From IMG/VR virus record IMGVR_UViG_3300032285_001768, positions 1 through 55,919 of that record: a DNA stretch of 55,919 nucleotides; one strand, written 5' to 3'. Positions within the stretch are counted from its first letter, which is position 1. Every line of letters begins with the position of its first letter. A program made the translations under genes and the position numbers. This document shows positions 53,761 to 55,919 of this stretch, one piece after another. Below the pieces are notes generated by a model, which was not told the origin of the DNA, searched no databases, and was given only the letters and a program-made list of their open reading frames with translations. The stretch is from a virus (lineage: Duplodnaviria; Caudoviricetes).

Positions 53761-54046
53761 CGTTTTTCTCCTTGAGCTTGGCTTCGATGGCTTGAACAAC
53801 CATTTCAATGTGCTGAGGTGGAATTACAAACAGTTCCAACATGTGTTTGACTTCCTCATCCGTCAGCCCGACCCACTGGCGCGGGGCAGCGTAAAGAGGT
53901 CTAATACCTTCAAACGGGTCATGCGTGACCATTCCGTGTTTGTCATACCACGCAGCCGGCTCCTGCTTATAAACCTCAGACTCAGGGATTTCCTGCATCA
54001 CTACCTTCTCTCCATCGAACCATGTCTTTGTGATGTGCGTTGTCAT
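53753..54046 (-). CDS. WVGLTDEE-module protein (97 aa)
   Basis: MTTHITK (ATGA overlap); EPAAW...PLYAAP, RQWVGLTDEE, AIEAKLKEKN. Confidence 0.75.
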   Translation of the reverse strand: MTTHITKTWFDGEKVVMQEIPESEVYKQEPAAWYDKHGMVTHDPFEGIRPLYAAPRQWVGLTDEEVKHMLELFVIPPQHIEMVVQAIEAKLKEKNGG

Positions 54047-54300
54047 GTGCTCTTCTCCTCGTTGGGCCACTGCGCCCACATAATCGGTTTGCCAACCAAA
54101 TGCTCTTTCTCAAGCACCGCCGTCACAAATTCCAACGGTGATACTTGAACCAGTTCTGTTTGCGCCAGCCTATCGCGCAGGGCGTTGATGGCTACGCTTT
54201 TGCGAAACACCATGTGACCTTCCGCATCAAAAATCATGTCATCTGGGTCAGCAGCCATTAACGCCTCTAGCGCCTGTTGCATAAGTTCGCGGTCAGTCAT
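54043..54300 (-). CDS. hypothetical protein (85 aa)
   Basis: MTDRELMQQALEAL...AINALRDRLAQ; ATGA overlap. Confidence 0.75.
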   Translation of the reverse strand: MTDRELMQQALEALMAADPDDMIFDAEGHMVFRKSVAINALRDRLAQTELVQVSPLEFVTAVLEKEHLVGKPIMWAQWPNEEKST

Positions 54301-54500
54301 AGCCAACTCCCTTGCAAAACATACGCCTTCTTGCCCATTTGACGCACATCAATCTGGCGCACTTTGAGCTTTAGTTTCTTGGCGTAATACCGCGCTCGGC
54401 CCAGTGATGGGGTACGGATAAAGTTTCTGCCGCCGCCTTTGGGGTAATCAATCCAACGACAACATACGTAGTACAGTTTCTTGGGCCAGCAGTGTTTCAT
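54297..54500 (-). CDS. basic hypothetical protein (67 aa)
   Basis: MKHCWPKK; ATGA overlaps at both ends. Confidence 0.7.
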   Translation of the reverse strand: MKHCWPKKLYYVCCRWIDYPKGGGRNFIRTPSLGRARYYAKKLKLKVRQIDVRQMGKKAYVLQGSWL

Positions 54501-54802
54501 GGCTGCTTGGTCCGTGAAGCGTGTTGCACGGCCCATGCAAAGGCGTAGATGTCCCCGTCGACCACTGTGAGCCCGTACTCTGTGATGAGCTTGTTGATAT
54601 CCGACTCTGTCAGGTCGAATGTTTCCTGCGGGATGACGTAGTTGGGCTTATTGCCGGAAAAGGTTTTGACTGGTTTAGCCATTTGGCCAGCAAGATATGC
54701 GGCTTTGAGGACATCCTGTTGGTTGCCAACGCGCAATAGTTGCTGTTGAAGGCCGGCAATAATTGCCTTCAGCGTTTCAATTTCTTCGATTAACTCGTTC
54801 AC
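54497..54802 (-). CDS. hypothetical protein (101 aa)
   Basis: GTG after AGGAGAAAG; N-terminal coiled coil. Confidence 0.7.
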   Translation of the reverse strand: MNELIEEIETLKAIIAGLQQQLLRVGNQQDVLKAAYLAGQMAKPVKTFSGNKPNYVIPQETFDLTESDINKLITEYGLTVVDGDIYAFAWAVQHASRTKQP

Positions 54803-54819
54803 TCTTCTTTCTCCTGGTT

Positions 54820-54849
54820 AAAAAACGGAGCGGGGAGGTCCCCGCTCCG
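54820..54849 (-). terminator. rho-independent terminator
   Basis: CGGAGCGGGG-ACCT-CCCCGCTCCG-T6. Confidence 0.85.
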
Positions 54850-54864
54850 GCCTTGCAGACTTAA

Positions 54865-55101
54865 TTACTGGTCGGTCTGCTCGTCTTCTTCAGCAACTTC
54901 GCCTTCGACTTCTTCAGCTTCAGCGTCGTAGCCCTCTGCATCCTCTTCGCCTTCTTCAGCGTCATCAAGTCCGTATTCGGCTTCGATACGCTCTGAGTAG
55001 ATCTTGACGGTGTCTTTGTGGTTGATGCCGTCCACGAAGTCCTGCAAGCTTGCCATGTCGACGTCTTGGACGTCTGCTTCAAAAGTGATTGTGACCTTCA
55101 T
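54865..55101 (-). CDS. very acidic small protein (78 aa)
   Basis: MKVTITFEAD after GGAG; D/E-rich C-terminal half. Confidence 0.7.
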   Translation of the reverse strand: MKVTITFEADVQDVDMASLQDFVDGINHKDTVKIYSERIEAEYGLDDAEEGEEDAEGYDAEAEEVEGEVAEEDEQTDQ

Positions 55102-55160
55102 CTGAAACTCCAAAAATGGTGCCGGATCGGCCTTGTTAGGATCGCAGATGAATGTTGCAG

Positions 55161-55346
55161 TCACATATCGGACGTGATATCTAGTTTACGGTAGTAGCGA
55201 TCCGCCTCTTCCCAAGCTTTGCGCAGTTCATCTGACCATGCTAGGTCATGCTGGATCAGGAAGTCACTTAGGATTAACCCTAGCTTCTCTACGGGGTTGT
55301 AGTTGACTTTGATGGTGTCGGCAGTCGCGTTCGAACGTGGTCGCAT
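55161..55346 (-). CDS. hypothetical protein (61 aa)
   Basis: MRPRSNAT after AAGGA. Confidence 0.6.
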   Translation of the reverse strand: MRPRSNATADTIKVNYNPVEKLGLILSDFLIQHDLAWSDELRKAWEEADRYYRKLDITSDM

Positions 55347-55347
55347 G

Positions 55348-55509
55348 TCAGTCCTTGTTGGTGTCGGTGTTGAAGCCCTCGGGGCGTTTGCGCAGGAAGC
55401 ACGGCTCGCACTTCCATCGAAACCCTTTGCCGGGGGCAAGCATCACTTTATAGGTGCCTGGCATGCGCATGCAAACCTGACACATTGGCGGTGCTTTGAC
55501 GGGCTCCAT
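55348..55509 (-). CDS. small zinc-finger-like protein (53 aa)
   Basis: Below the ORF-track cutoff: MEPVKAPPMCQVC...WKCEPCFLRKRPEGFNTDTNKD. Confidence 0.65.
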   Translation of the reverse strand: MEPVKAPPMCQVCMRMPGTYKVMLAPGKGFRWKCEPCFLRKRPEGFNTDTNKD

Positions 55510-55704
55510 TTATTGGATACCGTCTCGTTGCACAGGCGTCCAGCCAAACTTGCGCCACGTCCGGGTCACGTCAGTCGCCGCGGCCGGGTAATAGACAAAG
55601 TCTGGATGACTCAAAGGGATTGTGGGGACTGCCTTGGAGTGATAGCGGATGACGGGTTGTGCCTCGTCGGTGCTGTCACGGGTGATGTCATCGAATAGGT
55701 TCAT
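55510..55704 (-). CDS. hypothetical protein (64 aa)
   Basis: GAGGAG RBS; HPDFVYYPAAATDVTRTWRKFGW. Confidence 0.75.
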   Translation of the reverse strand: MNLFDDITRDSTDEAQPVIRYHSKAVPTIPLSHPDFVYYPAAATDVTRTWRKFGWTPVQRDGIQ

Positions 55705-55748
55705 GTGTTACTCCTCGTTTAGGTTATTGAACGTGTTCTGGCGATGCG

Positions 55749-55919
55749 TTAAAACGTACACCACTTTTTATACATCTCCTCAAGCTTAACGATGTAGTGG
55801 TTGCACTTCTGGGAGTCGACCTCCCCGCGCACACCCTGGCGCATCGAGTACTTAATGATGTTGCCCTTCAGAAAGCCAATGAATTCAGTCTTCGTGAGCG
55901 TTGCTTCCATGACGTCCCA
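55749..55919 (-). CDS. DUF3310 / T7 gp1.7-like protein, C-terminal part; runs in from the right edge
   Basis: WDVMEATLTKTEFIGFLKGNIIKYSMRQG....DSQKCNHY. Confidence 0.8.
   Translation of the reverse strand, partial: WDVMEATLTKTEFIGFLKGNIIKYSMRQGVRGEVDSQKCNHYIVKLEEMYKKWCTF

Noticed and set aside
10-55698. Numerous + strand ORFs of 60-220 aa (e.g. 11807-12382, 13817-14401, 26158-26820, 27370-28008, 48950-49513)
   Set aside because: Antisense shadows of well-supported minus-strand genes, often of Gly/Thr/Ala-rich sequence; no RBS or motifs
1-55919. Prophage or lysogeny module
   Set aside because: No integrase, CI-like repressor, att-like repeat or host genes recognised; a small part of the genome lies outside the window

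Overview
The window is a nearly complete, circularly permuted genome of a tailed dsDNA phage, probably podovirus-like and lytic; no integrase, repressor, tRNA, CRISPR array or reverse transcriptase was seen. Every credible gene except one SNF2 helicase lies on the minus strand. Modules by coordinate: replication (family A DNA polymerase cut by the left edge, UvrD-like helicase, primase, SSB-like protein; 1-7.7 kb); large internal virion/ejection proteins (7.7-17.2 kb); tail and lysis (17.5-30.7 kb); head genes with a Mu gpT-like major capsid protein, scaffold, GroES and portal (30.7-38.6 kb); a 1709-aa mosaic protein; terL; a ~6 kb early-type block (45.3-51.5 kb) that also contains terS; and small accessory genes (51.5-55.9 kb). 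Signals not explained by the gene list: (1) a short [FMY]-[AK]-x-G-G peptide motif shared by five otherwise unrelated late proteins and sitting at module borders of the 1709-aa protein; (2) six repeated promoter + GC hairpin + AGAAAG RBS cassettes in the early block; (3) dispersed 7-bp-periodic CC(G/A/T)TG(G/A)N tandems; (4) a strand-skew inversion bracketing the early block, with A/T-tract elements at both borders; (5) a pseudoknot-capable RNA downstream of the capsid gene, a likely Mu-gpT-DE motif. All assignments come from motif reading by eye; no database searches were run.
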